Below, one piece after another: positions 1 through 13,600 of a DNA stretch of 64,000 nucleotides; positions within the stretch are counted from its first letter, which is position 1; each line of letters starts with the position of its first letter. The notes below the pieces were generated by a model. The model was not told the DNA's origin and ran no database searches. It was given only the letters and a program-made list of their open reading frames with translations. Both the position numbers and the translations under genes were made by a program. This stretch comes from Hormiphora californensis (lineage: Eukaryota; Animalia; Ctenophora), in the NCBI GenBank assembly GCA_020137815.1, contig CM035357.1:5704001-5768000 (forward strand), read 5' to 3'.

Positions 1-229
1 TACAAGGCACCACCATTTTGCAAACATTCGCCTGGAAAAACGGCTAAAGCTAGAGCCCTGAAATTTTAAACTTAGGTTAATCTAGTTATTCTGTGTGTCA
101 TAAAGTATGTGGCATCTTGATTGGAGATCATTAAGTCATTAATTATGCATAATTTATGTATAAATTTATGAGTATCTCGGTAATGACGCATACTAGAGAG
201 AAATCGATGGTTCTTACCGACTCTAAATA

Positions 230-1435
230 TTCGATTTATGGGGGGTCTTACTCGGGACAATTTTCTCTAACTTGAACCGTTAAGGAGTTATATGCGCATA
301 ATTATGACAATATGCATATCTGAATATCTCAAGTTCTACTCATGATAGCGGCTTTTCATTGGTCGCATTGGACGGTAAAAAGTCGATTTGTGGGGGGTCG
401 TCCCCCGGACAAAAAGTCGTATCTTGCACCGTTTAGCCGTTATTTGCATATTTATGCGCCGATTCATGATTTAATGCATATTCTGAATATTTCCACTTCA
501 GCTGGTCCTAGAACGTTTTCATGGACATATTTCGACGCAAAATGGTCGATTTGTGGGGGGTCGTCCCCCGGACAAAAAGTCGTATCTTGTACCGTTTAGC
601 CGTTAATTGCATATTTATGCGCGGATTCATGATTTAATGCATATTCTGAATATTTCCACTTCAGCTAGTCCTAGAACGTTTTCATGGACATATTTCGACG
701 CAGAATGGTCGATTTATGGGGGGTCGTCCCCCGGACAAAAAGTCGTATCTCGCACCGTTTAGCCATTATTTGCATATTTATGCACCGATTCATGATTTAT
801 GCATTTTCTGAATATTTCAACTTCAGCTGGTCCTAGAAAGTTTTCATGGACATATTTCGACGCAGAATGGTCGATTTATAGGGGGTCGTCCCCCGGACAA
901 AAAATTGTATCTCCCACCGTTTAGCCGTTATTTGCATATTTATGCGCCGATTCATGATTTAGTGCATATTCTGAATATTTCCACTTCAGCTGGTCCTAGA
1001 AAGTTTTCATGGACATATTTCGACGCAGAATGGTCAATTTATGGGGGGTCGTTCCCCGGACAAAAAGTCGTATCTCGCACCGTTTAGCCGTTATTTGCAT
1101 ATTTATGAGCCGATTCATGATTTAATGCATATATTCTGAATATTTCCACTTCAGCTGGTCCTAGAATGTTTTCATGGACATATTTCGAAGCAGAATGATC
1201 GATTTATGGGGGGTCGTCCCCCAGACAAAAAGTCGTATCTCGCACCGTTTAGCCGTTATTTGCATATGTATGTGCCGATTCATAATTTTATGAATTATCT
1301 GAATATTTCCACTTCAGCTGGTCGTAGAATGTTTTCATGGACATATTTCGACGCAGAATGGTCGAATTATGGGGGTCGTTCCCCGGACAAAAAGTCGTAT
1401 CTCGCACCGTTTAGCCGTTATTTGCATATTTATGA
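230..1435. repeat. Tandem array, ~163-bp unit, ~7 copies plus one degenerate copy, in a G6PD intron
   Basis: Motif GGGGGTCGTCCCCCGGACAAAAAGTCGTATC recurs at ~392, 556, 719, 882, 1045, 1209, 1371; degenerate copy near 240. The ORFs called here are repeat artefacts. Confidence 0.95.
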
Positions 1436-1459
1436 TACCTGTTTACAAAAATCCTGAGA

Positions 1460-1721
1460 AACTAGACCAAAAAACAAAAGAAATTTGTTTGGAAAACCCG
1501 TGGCCTTTTGTCGATACTTGACGCTGCGGGAATTGCACCCTTCGTCAGAGCAAGACGTGTGGAAGAGTGAGACAGAGAATGTGCGTGTGTTAGAACTTAG
1601 AGAGAGATGGCACAACAATACCTTTAGTAGCTCAGATTATGGGTGCATTTCCCGCAGCGTCAAGTATCGACAAAAGGCCACGGGTTTTCCAAACAAATTT
1701 CTTTTGTTTTTTGGTCTAGTT
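1460..1721. mobile_element. 81-bp inverted repeat pair around a 100-bp GA-rich spacer (MITE or Helentron/DINE-1-like)
   Basis: 1460-1540 (AACTAGACCAAAAAACAAAAG...TTGCACCC) is the reverse complement of 1641-1721 with one mismatch; both ends carry CTAG and an internal hairpin. Confidence 0.7.
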
Positions 1722-2027
1722 AATATACCATTTCATTCAGGGAGGGATGAGAGGAAGAAAAGATTTGATTTTCATAGGATTGGATGAATATTTTGGATTA
1801 GGACTCCACCAGGTGTATATTATCACACAGGACAAAGGACATATTATATTCATAAGTCACGGAATCACCATAGGTAATGACAGTAGAGGGAGAAACGGGT
1901 AGACAGGACTAATTTTGTGGGTATTAATTATGTTGGGTATTAGACAGCAATTGAGAGGGATTAACACAGGAAGAGCAATTTAAAGTGAGAATAAATTAAG
2001 AGAGGAAATACCACACCATCTAATTAC

Positions 2028-5000
2028 CTAAACAGTCCAGTAAGAGCGGCAGATAACTCATTTGAGGTTTCCATGTCTCGTCCAAATGGCTTCTCAACAA
2101 TAACCCGACAACTCACATTCCTGAATGGTGAGGGAGGAATTATTAATGTGGCTTTGAGCAGGTGGAATTGATTAGACTGAGTACTGTCGTTTGTTAGGTA
2201 CATATTCAACACCGGTCTAAGATAATGTGGAACTATCATACAGCTGTAATTTGTTTGACAAGAAAAGAAGAAGAGTTTGTTAGACTGGTAGTTAGTCGGT
2301 ACACACTACACAGAGTTCATGTGTCTCAGAGGGAAGAGATGAAAACAGTTGATGAGAGAGAATGGAACCAGATGTTTGATACCTGCAGCTGAACTCTACA
2401 TCAAGGCACTTTCAGACCCCCCCTCCAAGAAATCCCAATACTAGTTTCTTTCTCTCTACCTCCCTCCCTTCCTCCCTCTCCCTCATTCCTTCTTTCCCTC
2501 TCTCTACAACTAACACGTACAGGTGAATATGGTGAGGGAAGCTGTCAATATACCAGCCGAATATTACCTCGCATGTTCCACACACTACCACACACTTTAG
2601 TGGTACCACTGTGTAATGTTATAACCTCACACACACACACACACACACAAGTTACAAGTATTTGAACAGCCGGCGAATATTCACAGGACATATGTTTTTG
2701 TACAACTTTTACAACAATTCACGCAGTTTACAATGAATTGTGTGTAGAACATTACTACGATTGGAGTGCATGATTCTCAAGTACATCACGGAAAGAAAAG
2801 TAGGGAGGGAGAGAAGTACAAATTACATGAACAGTATAATTATTGTATCTGGGTAGTGGGTACATTTTGGACTGGTACATATCCGTGTTCTAAACCGTGT
2901 CTAAACACATGCCTATGTCCGTGTCTAAACAGAAAACAATGTGTATATCTGTGTTGTTGACACTAGAACAGTGTATATTAGTTGTACATTACTTACTTGC
3001 TCCAGCAGTGTTGTTTGAGCTGAGTACACACGTTGATGAAAACAGTGGGTGGCAGGGCCAGGTAGTACAGCCTGAACCTGTAGGAGAGAGGAAGTGTCAA
3101 ATTATATCTGAAAAACGTTCTGTTTCGTGATATAATGAGTCAGATGTGGACCCTTTCTAACTCTGAGCACTGAGTAGTACAAGAAAGTGTCTGACCGTGC
3201 ATGTCAGGTCATCGCCTAAAGACCCATCATGCAGCAATTTTATTATTCTACTAGTCACACACTATCTTGCTAGTCCATGCATTATGTTCGACTAATTGAT
3301 TGATCAACTTCTTTTTATGCCAACATTGCATACTGGCCACTGGGGCAGGTACATTTTATGCAGCTGATTCTTTTCAATCACCACCCTTACCTAAGAAATA
3401 GAGATGATCTGAAAAGAACAATATTACATGAAAAACAGGTTCGAAGAAAAGGTTATATATGAAAATTAATCGTTGAAAACGTATCAGACTTCACTCTTCA
3501 GAATAACGTTTTAGTGTAAAGTACAGTCGGACCCCGATTTACCGGGCCCCGATTTACCGGAACCCCGATTTACCGGGAGGATAAACTTCCCCCGATAGAG
3601 GAAATTAACGGTTTTTGACCCTGATATACCGGGCACCCCGATTTACTGGGCAAAACCCTTTCCCCCGAGCATCCCGGTAAATCGGGGTCCGACTGTACGT
3701 TGATTTCCTAAATTGGAATACGCCAATTATTTGTATCTGTCAATACCAATTTAATGCACCAATACGATAATATCCTTATTTGTTCTCCTACACTCACAGA
3801 GACACCTCCAGACAGAGACAGATAGTAGACACAGATACAGACAAAGACACCTCAACACAGACACAATTGCCTGATATTGTGCTAACTGTTTGGCACAATG
3901 ACACATGTCTAATTGGATAACTCGTGCCTGGTAAATTCCATGTAATATACACTCTGTACACTAGCTAATAAATATGGCACAAACAGTGCCGTTGGTTTGG
4001 TCACGAAATGACCCCACAATTATCTTTGAAGGGTAATTTCGTTACCAAGTGGTTGGTAAGGTATTGACTTTAACTTAAAACATAAAAGTTAAAAAAATAA
4101 TACAACTTGATGTAACCCACCTCTGTTTGCTGGCGTGTTTCTTCTCCAATTTCTGGATAGAATGAGCCAGTTTACCGAAGCCATCAGAATCATAGCCACC
4201 CTGGGTGTAAGTCACTCGAGACCAGAACTCCTCCAGTACTTTGTCGTCCTTGGCCTGGTGGGGGCGAGGGATGGTTAGAGAGGGAGGAGGTAGTTTGTTG
4301 AAATAGTTTTAGCTAACACCTTCAGCCCATGTTACTATCGATATTGAAACACTGTAACCACATTATAGGGTTGCTTAATTGGTGAATCTTAGTAAGGCCC
4401 CCACCCCAAAGGAATCCTAGTATATCTGTTCAATTAATCACTGCTTCAGCATGCTGGATCATAACATCGAGGTACGTACTTGGAAGGTTTTGATTAAAAT
4501 ATAACACCAGGCCGCTTATTTGTACAGAGGAGATAGCTCGATAGAGCTACAGTTTTAATCATGAAATAGCTATGAACCGCATACCTTTACCTATGCCCCC
4601 AGTCATGTAATGTATGCAATGGAACCATAAAAAGCCAGCTTGATCCGCATATTACATTTTACACTGCATATTACATTTTACACTACAAGCAAAACAGTCT
4701 ATGGAATGAAAAAACTTGCCCTGCCCTAACATCTCTAACAATACAATTTATAATCAGAAGGAGGGTTGGAACAAGGAAATATACCTTCATGTAGTTCTTG
4801 CACTTCTCAGCTAGTTCAGGAACGGTAACTTTGCTCCGAGCAAACCCGATAATCTGACAGCTAGGAGGCAGGACCTTCTTCTCGAAAAGGTTGCATAGCG
4901 CAGGGAAGATCTTCTTTTTGGCTAGATCACCCTGGGACGGGAAACGTGAATAATAATGGTTTGAAAGGAAGATAAATTTGAAATATAATTACTTTTCATG

Positions 5001-6496
5001 CATCTAATGGTTGAAACTGTAGAAACTACATATTCTGACACTGCACTTACCGATGCTCCCAGAACTGTATAGATAACGCATGATGTGGGATCAAATATGG
5101 GTTTACCGGCTGCACCCTGTTGAATAGCTTCCAATGCCTCCATATCGACCTGTTTAGTACATAGGAGGGGGAGAACATAGTTAGATAACTTAATTAATTT
5201 GCCGCAGTTTTGTGGTCGTACCAAGTTTACCAATAAAGTCAAAAGGATTGTGAATTGCGGCCAAGTACTGCAATAGTTCAACAAAGATAATAAAGAGATG
5301 CCACATAATTCCATGAGGTAAAAACGAAATAAAAACAGGAAAACCCACGGACTACTAGTTTTTATGATGACAAGGAAACATAAGGAACGCTAATCAAAGA
5401 AAGAAAACAGATATAACTCTCCAACTCTCCAAGTCAGTTTAACAATAGTTGGAGAAGAACACAAAAGATAAGATCTATCAAAAGGTGTCGGTATAAAGGA
5501 GGGATGGGACAACGGGTTCGGGCGTGGATAGGAGAGAGAATATGAGATAGATAGAGATAGAAAGATTGAGAGCAAGGGATAGAGAGATAGAGGGGTAAAA
5601 GAATAGTGTGACACAGTGAGTTGGTGGTATAATAACTCCTTGTCTTTACATAAAGGGTGCTTCACAAAACGAACACTCTTGATATTTTACTCAACAACTA
5701 GATCTTTATATTGTGCTTTACAAAAAGCCTTCTCTCCCCATCTTTAACCCTAACTATCTTCCCTTTTTATCTCTCACCCATTCTCTAGCTATTATCCCCC
5801 TGCTAAGTGCAAACATCTCCGAAGCTCTAACCATCTCTCAAGCATTATGTGCTCTAACAAAACATTGAACCTCACCTGTTTAACTCCACACGGTGAAGAG
5901 GAAGAACACGTTGGGGAGGGAGATGATTGAGGAGGGGAGGAGGATGGTGGTGGGGAGCTCATAATTACCAGTAATTAGTTACCAGCCAATTGTCACGATG
6001 ACATTGCGATCGAAACAGATATTGTTTTCACCGTGCCAAGGAAAAATGTAAGCACATCATAAACGACTTCTGTATACTGGAAAGTGGTGAGGCGAGCTGG
6101 CAAGAATCGGGTGATAAGAAAAGGGTGGGGGACTTGGAGTGAGATAGGGAGAGAAAAGCAGAGAGAAAAGCAGAGAGAAAAGCAGAGAGAAAAGCAGAGA
6201 GAAAAGTAGGGAGCCAGAGAGGGATTTGTGTTGGTGGTTGGGACAGATAAAGCGTCTTGTCTGTGTCTAAAAAGTTATGCAAATACCTAACGAAATTAAC
6301 CAGCCCAAGACCAGCCCTCTATCTAGACTGGGACTTGTCTCATTTCACATGAACAACAACTGTCAAAAGGTTGCATAGAAAACGTGAGATGAAAAACCCT
6401 CTTCCTGTCTCCTCTAAATTTAAGAATTAAGATAAGCCATAAGGTTTGCAGCGATCTTACCTTGTAGTAGTCAGCTAGTACAGTAGCAGTAGTCAT
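2028..6496 (-). CDS. G6PD: Glucose-6-phosphate dehydrogenase, 5' part; the gene continues beyond position 1
   Basis: Phase-consistent GT-AG exons 5149-5051, 4931-4785, 4254-4121, 3077-2997, 2120-2028 give VLGASGDLAKKKIFP (NADP-binding), GFARS, RLYYLALPP and RVIVEKPFGRD. Candidate first exons 6496-6461 and 5962-5876. Confidence 0.95.
3524..3695. mobile_element. Tc1/mariner-pogo-type MITE (172 bp)
   Basis: TIR CAGTCGGACCCCGATTTACCGGG / CCCGGTAAATCGGGGTCCGACTG, TA on both sides, internal CCCCGATTTACCGG repeats. Confidence 0.9.
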
Positions 6497-7282
6497 GATG
6501 TGGGTGTTGGGAAGGAACGAAAAGAGAAGTGAGGGGATCGAGAGGGGGAGGGGGTGTTCTAAAGATATGAAACAATGGTATCACTTGACACTAAAAGCTC
6601 AGCCAGCGATTTTGGTGGATTAAAGGGATAGAGAAAATCTAACAGATGTAACAAGTACATATTTATTACACTTTAAAATATGGAGAGGTCAGAGGTGAAA
6701 TATATCCTATAGACACGACAGACTGTAGCAGTCGACAATCCATACTACACACTATGGGACTGGACATACTACACACTGCAGTTGCACCAGTGGCACTACA
6801 GATGACGCGGAACTGTTGTCTTGCAATCAAAACACGCACACTGCTAAGAAAACATCGAGAGCAAGTATTATCCATGGAACAAGGAAATGATTTTAGCAGA
6901 CTCATGCTACTGCATTTGCTGTGTGTCTGTGACGCACGACCGGCACGAGCCAGTACGATCCAACCATTGCAGCTTTATTTCAGTCATTTATACAAGAACA
7001 TAGGTAAAGAGATCGCCAAGCAAGTCTAATTGTGGAGCAAAGATTCGCCACTGGCCAGAGACCCCGCCTCCAACCCTCCTACGAGTGAAAAATGTATTCT
7101 AGATAATTTTTTCTGAATCCAATTAATTTATATTCATTTAATGATAAATAATTTCAATATTTTGAACCCTCGTTAAAGGAGAAAGCCTCAAAAGTCAAAA
7201 CTGAAAACAAGATGACATTGATCAGTTTTCAAGTTTTAGTTTTTGAAAATCACGTTTTTAGTTTGATTGGAATGAATGGTAT

Positions 7283-7338
7283 CGCGCGCGGCTGCTATTT
7301 TAAAACAGCGCGGATTTGTTTTGCGCGTCCCATTTTTT
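7283..7338 (-). promoter_or_regulatory. Candidate CpG-rich promoter element upstream of G6PD
   Basis: GCGCGGC-N16-CGCGG-N5-TTTTGCGCG in AT-rich DNA between the KDM6 3' end and the G6PD 5' end; the same arrangement occurs at 33674-33716. Confidence 0.45.
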
Positions 7339-8391
7339 CAGTAAATTTTATTTCTTGTTTTTACCCAGGTTCAGGCGGTTGACACCTGTCTGGCGGCGCC
7401 GACCCAACCTTATTGGGGTCTGGTGCCACCAGAGACTGTGTCGTATGAGCATATGAAGCTTAGCCTCACGAAACACTCGCTTTAGCAAAATAAAACGCAA
7501 TATTTTTCAAATAACCTGACTTTAAACTAAATGTGTAGCTACATAGGCTGCAATTGTACTTGAGCAAAATCGTGATTGATTGGTAATAATGTGTTTCAGC
7601 AGGGTGTAATATAAGTACAGATATCAGAGGGTAAATATCACTCGGGAAGACTAAGATTTAATAGTTTTCAGGAGATATATTGTAGTTGTATAATTTAATT
7701 AAACTATGATGAGATTCTAAATATTGTGACGGATAAAATATGATAAAACTTCCCAGGGTGGGGGCAAAAACAACAACAAAACCAAAAAATATCAAACAAA
7801 ACCTTATATATTATATACTGACCATATACAATAGTACATGCAATCTAACTGGACATCTAACTGATAATTGATAACTTCTATTTGGTATGTTAACCTCTCA
7901 TTTCTCACTAAACAGTAATCGGGGGAAATCAGGAGGGAGTTAATTATGTAATTACTTCAACCCAAGTATCATATTCATATCTTCCTATTACACAGCACAC
8001 ATACGGGAAATAAAGTGTTGTAACATACAATTTCACCTAGACGGGACTCAATCTTCTCTCTTTTCTCTATTTCTCTCTTCTCTCTCTCTCTTTCTCTTTC
8101 TGTATTGCTTCTCTCACTGATAGGGGTATGCTATAATACAAACACAGAATATCTATAACTACAGGGGAAACACTTCTCTAGTAGATTTAGCAAACTCGGA
8201 AGCAAATCTGGCACGCAGCTCTGGTAGTCCGGGTAGTAGAGGGCACGATTGGACTCAGGACTTACTACTACTATGCTACAAAATGCATTCGGAAGTGCAA
8301 AATATAACATAATATAATAATTAGAATATATCTTATATCACCTATACACACAAACACACGGACATAATAATATTGAATGGCTATGTGTAGT

Positions 8392-10391
8392 TTACAAATC
8401 CCGGAGACTGGGCGGGAGGCGATCGACATCCAATTTGAAATCTTCTAGGGTCTCTGTATCTGGGGGTGGGTCAACTTTCTCAAACTTATCCAGAATGTCT
8501 TTTAGGTCACTCATCTCGTACTGATGGATATATTCAGGGTTAGGGACAGACTGAAGAATAGCTAGGTAAGTGGTCGCTAAGTAAAAGAGTAACGATTTAA
8601 AATTGGCCCCCAAAAATGCAAAATTAGGGGGGTTAAAAAAGCAACAACAGTGAAAATTCTAAAATCCTCTGTAACACTGACCTCTTCAAGTACAACAAAT
8701 CCCTCCAGAGTTTTAGAGGTGCTCCTTGCACAGTTCTCACAGTGGACCTTTCTGTTTTGTACAAAGAGGAGGTTGAACACCTCAACCTCACACACCTCAC
8801 AGTAGTGGGTCCACTCTTCCTCCTCTCGGCCATGGAACTGGATTGTTACACCTGGGTAGAGGGAGGTAGGTTAGAGTAGCTACAATGAGGAGGGTAATAG
8901 ATGAGAGAGGTTACAATACAAAAAGTAGGGATTTTGGTCAATGTTGTGATTTGTGGGTGTCACCTGTCAAAATTATACACCTCGTACTACGCAATACGAT
9001 TTGTACAAATAATACCTTCTTTTTGTAGACGTTCCTTGGTGCTCCTACATCTGTTAAGTGTCCCCTCTAGGCAGTGTCTAATCTGTGTAACTAACTGGGC
9101 GTCATGTATCTTTGCATACCTAGGAGAGAGAGAGAGAGAGAGGTTTGAAATTTAAATAAGTGTTATTAGACAGTAATCAAGTAAGACAGTAAATCACAAG
9201 ATGTGATTAAAGTTTGGGTGGTTGTCACTCAACAAGGTTCGGGATGGTCACATACCTGGCTAAATTCCAACTAAGATGTATCATTGGTACAATACTTTTC
9301 ACACCCTTTAACTTGTTCCACTCATATCTCTCGAAAGCAGCAACATATTGACTATGTGTCATCGGTCCAGTATTCCAAGCGATATTGTTACACCATCCCT
9401 TCGCCTGGACCCAGTGTATTGCCCCTGGGGCTATCCAAACTAAATCTTCGGGACGTTGCAGGAACCGGTAATAGGGAATTCCTTCTTTTTGAAGATCCTC
9501 AATTAATGGCCACCAGGAACCTGAAAAAGTGTACATTTGTTCGTGTGTCCGAGTGTGTGTGTGTGTGTGTAACTTTGCACCGATGATGTGCGCGCACAAA
9601 CCAAACGCTGACATCGATCACTTTCAACACAACATAACCACCGCGCGTACCTGTCAAATAATTTATTTTGTTTTTCTCGCATATCTCATGGAAGACTCCC
9701 CAGTAGCTTGCAGGGACGACAAACCACTCGCAGTCACCGGGCCCAATGTTGAGGTTTAATGCTGACATGTTGTTGTTTTCTTGGTGTCCTGGGGTTCGGG
9801 ATCCTGGCACCTGGAAGGAGAGAGAAGGTGAGATCAGAGATGATCGGGGTAGGATTCGAATAAAGTTTCTTGAAGTTGAACGTGGGGTTAGGGTTTCGTT
9901 TATGATGTCTAATGTTCTAACCCTTCTTTTGAAGAGAGTTCTCTGTTTCTAATCCTATCACGAAGAAACAACAAGATCTTACCTTCATATAAAGTTGAAT
10001 AGTATTCATTCCCAGTATCTTATGTCCCATATAACTCAACATATTGGTACTACTCTTTGTCCTACAAAAGGGTGGCAACTTTTCCAGCTCTGCTATCTGG
10101 GCAGACCATTTCTTCTTATCAGATAGGTCCACATTCGTACCGAATTGGATCATTTTAAAGTTGGTGAAACGTTTTGGGCCCCGTCGCTTTGCTATTGCGA
10201 GGTCTTCCGGCTGAAGGAAAAGTTGGGTTAGAAATAAGAAACATTGAGAGAGAAACAACAATTTGTTGGAGAGAAAGATGGAAAAAGTGGGAGGAAAGTT
10301 TGTCAGGAGAAACAAACAGGAAACATTGGTACACTACAGTACTTGGCTCCAGTATTCTGTTGGCAATTAGAAAACGGAATGAGTGTAGAAG

Positions 10392-10476
<85 letters not shown>

Positions 10477-10642
10477 TGAGGGTGAAAGAGAGTTAGCTAC
10501 TGCAGTTAGATAGATAGGTAAAGAGAGGGGAGTTAGAGGTAGCTACAATGTAGCTGCTACATAGATAGGAGAAAGCTACAAGAGAGGGAGAGAAAGCCAA
10601 GACTCAAGAGGCTAGAGAAAAAATACAACGATACAATAAAGT

Positions 10643-10675
<33 letters not shown>

Positions 10676-13600
10676 AGTGCTGTGATTCGGACTATGCAAA
10701 ACATATCGCCTCAAACGTTCCAAGGAGTCTAACTCCCGGCCTAACCAAGTAAAACTTGGGAATTCCCAATTTGGCCAACACGAAACATTTCAGGTTGACA
10801 AAAACCAACAAACTGAGAAATCATCAATTATTCGTCGTACCAAAAATGACATTCATCATCAGAAAATTGAGGAGATTCGAAGCAAAATGACTAGCGCCGA
10901 AAGCAGGAACCTTGATCTCCTGTCTGAGAAAGGTGCATCTTCTTGGCTTACTTGTCTTCCCCTCCAAGCACTGAACTTTACATTGAACAGACAAGAGTGG
11001 CATGATGCTCTGTCTGCACGTTACAACTTGCCGCTGACAGGAGAAGCACTGCCTACCAACTGCGTGTGTGGAGAGGAAAATAGTATCGATCACTCAATTT
11101 CATGTAAGATCGGCGGTTTTGTATGCTTTCGCCACAACAACGTGAGAGACTTTATCGCAAGTGAGTTCAGTAATGTGTGTCACGACACCCCATCTGCTAA
11201 ATGTACGAGGAATGAGTCTCCCAGAGGGAACTATTACGGCGGATGGAGCTCGCCTAGATATCAGTACACGTGATTTCTGGTCTAGCATGGATAACACCTA
11301 TTTTGATGTGAGGGTATTTAATCCTAGGGTGGCATCTAACTCTAACCAGGCAATCTGTTAAGTGTATGAAAAACATGAGAGGGAGAAAAAGACTGGCTAC
11401 CTTCATCGGGTCATTGAAGTAGAAAAATCGTCATTCACACCTCTGGTAATGTCCACGACGGGGGGTCTCGGTCGAGAATTCAAAAAGACACTGAAACAGC
11501 TAGCCGATAAGAAAGCTAAGAAAATGGGATACGCCTACGACCAATGCATCCGTTATCTTCGACTCAGACTATCTTTCGCCATGGTGCGATCAATAACTGT
11601 TTCCATCAGGGGGCATCGGAGTAGATTGAGGGGCGAGGGCAACAGGGACGAGCAGCTATATCAAGTGGGGTAATAGACTCATTTTATGTTTAATTTATTA
11701 CAGTTTTTATCATTGTTAAGTGTCTACACTATTTATATTCAGGCCGATGTTGGCCGCCACCCCCCATTCCCAATTATAGATTTAGAGCAAGGTAACGTTT
11801 TTCCTTTGAGAGATTCTTGAGCATGGTTTGGTCTGGATCTAGGTAACGTTTTGCCTCTGAGAGATTCTTGAGTTTGGTAGCATTTTGATGGATAAAAACA
11901 AGTTCAACTTCCAACTTGAGAAGCATTTATCGTTATTTATCATGATCATTATTACTTAGATAAACTTAGATTTCGCAAGAAATAAGGAGTAGCTATACTG
12001 GGGAAGCTCTCGAGAGACACACTCTCCTATCCCGCCCTCGATTGTTAGAGTAGCTGGGCTGGGGCACTGGTGGATCCACTGTGGGGTTCCACGGAAGATC
12101 AAGAGTAGCTTGGGGCACAGGGCACTGGCGTAGCCACTGTGGGGTTCCACGGAAGATCAAGAGTAGCTTGGGGCACAGGGCACTGGTGGAGCCACTGTGG
12201 GGTTCCACGGAAGAGTAGGAATCTTCTCAATATATATTCGGCTGAGGAACAATAATATAAAATATAAAATTTCTTGAGATCTAAAAGTAATACAATATGC
12301 TTTGGGACCGAAATATTTCGTTGAGATGGGTATAAGGAAATGCAATGACCATCTCTATTATAATTTGGAGATGTCGCGTCGAAGTGGCCGTTCGTTCAGC
12401 GGTATCTAAGCGACAGTGCTCCTTCATAAAACACTTAAATGTGCCCAAAGCTGTAAAGCTGTAGTCACAGTTGTGGAACTTCCAGTGGAAGTTTGTTAAT
12501 ATTTTCGAATGACTTTCAACATGCCAGTCCCCATAGTTACCAATTTAGTTGCCATGGCAACCGTTTTATTGACGTTCAAAGGCCAAAGGGGCGAAAGGAA
12601 CCACCCGGCGAAGCCGGGTGGGTTATCAAAAAGCCCTTACTTGAGGCGCACCCAATGGGTGCGCTAGTCTCTATTATAATTTGGAGATGTCGCGTCGAAG
12701 TGGTGGTCGTTCGTTCAGTGCGTTTCTACGCGACAGTGCTCCTTCATAAAACACTTTATGTGACCAAAGCTGTAAAGCTGTTGCTCACACTTTTGGAACT
12801 TCCGGTGGAAGTTTGTTAATCATACTATTATTAAAGCAAATAGGGAAATCCCATGTCCCGTTTTTTTAACCAAATATGGCATTTTGCACGTGCAGGTTTA
12901 GAGGTGGAGTACTATAGCTGGAGTTGGGCCAGGGGTGGGAGCCGTTACCAAGGATTGTTACTAATGTACTGCAGCTGCACGTGCAGCTGTTCTTGCGTTG
13001 TTTTTGTGTCACTGTTCCAGCTATATTATGCTCTCTTCAACAACCGTTGATATACGATTACGAAAGCGACAATTGGAGATCTCACCGCCATTCTCTACTT
13101 TTCCATACACCGAGGGGTTTAAATACAGCAACACCAAGAGAACTGAGAAGTGCAGAGACAACGAAAAAGACGTTGGAGGTTAGACAGAACCGGTGATCAA
13201 TCCCAGATGAATACTGCAAACAGATGAAACGCGAGGAGTTTTAAAACTCGCAGCGATCCCACCTGAGCTCCTTTTACGGTGCATGTCAACAGTTCGACTG
13301 GTGATGTCAGTATTCCCTAATCCAGCTACCATTTCCCAGAAATTCGCCCGTAGGGCGAACGGGTTTGCTAGTATTTTCGAATGAATTTTAAGATGCCAGT
13401 CTTCATGGTTACCAATTCAGTTGCCATGGCAACCGTGTTATTGACGTTGAAAGGGCGAAAAGAACTGCCCGGCGAAGCCGGGTGGGTTGTCAAAAAGCCC
13501 TTACTTGAGGCACACCCAATGGGTGCGCTAGTCTCTATTATAATTTGGAGATGTCGCGTGATGGTCGTTCGTTCAGTGCGTTTCTACGCGACAGACTGCT

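Noticed and set aside
342-1457. Regularly spaced repeats suggesting a CRISPR array or repeat-protein ORFs
   Set aside because: Whole 163-bp units repeat with no unique spacers; eukaryotic context and no cas genes.
6666-7029. Overlapping Cys-rich ORFs upstream of G6PD
   Set aside because: No family signature on either strand; more likely UTR or non-coding.
10636-10675. (GTT)n tract as the specific target of the adjacent RLE retroelement
   Set aside because: No matching tract at the 3' end of the element; AATAAA(GTT)n fits equally as the tail remnant of an unrelated LINE.
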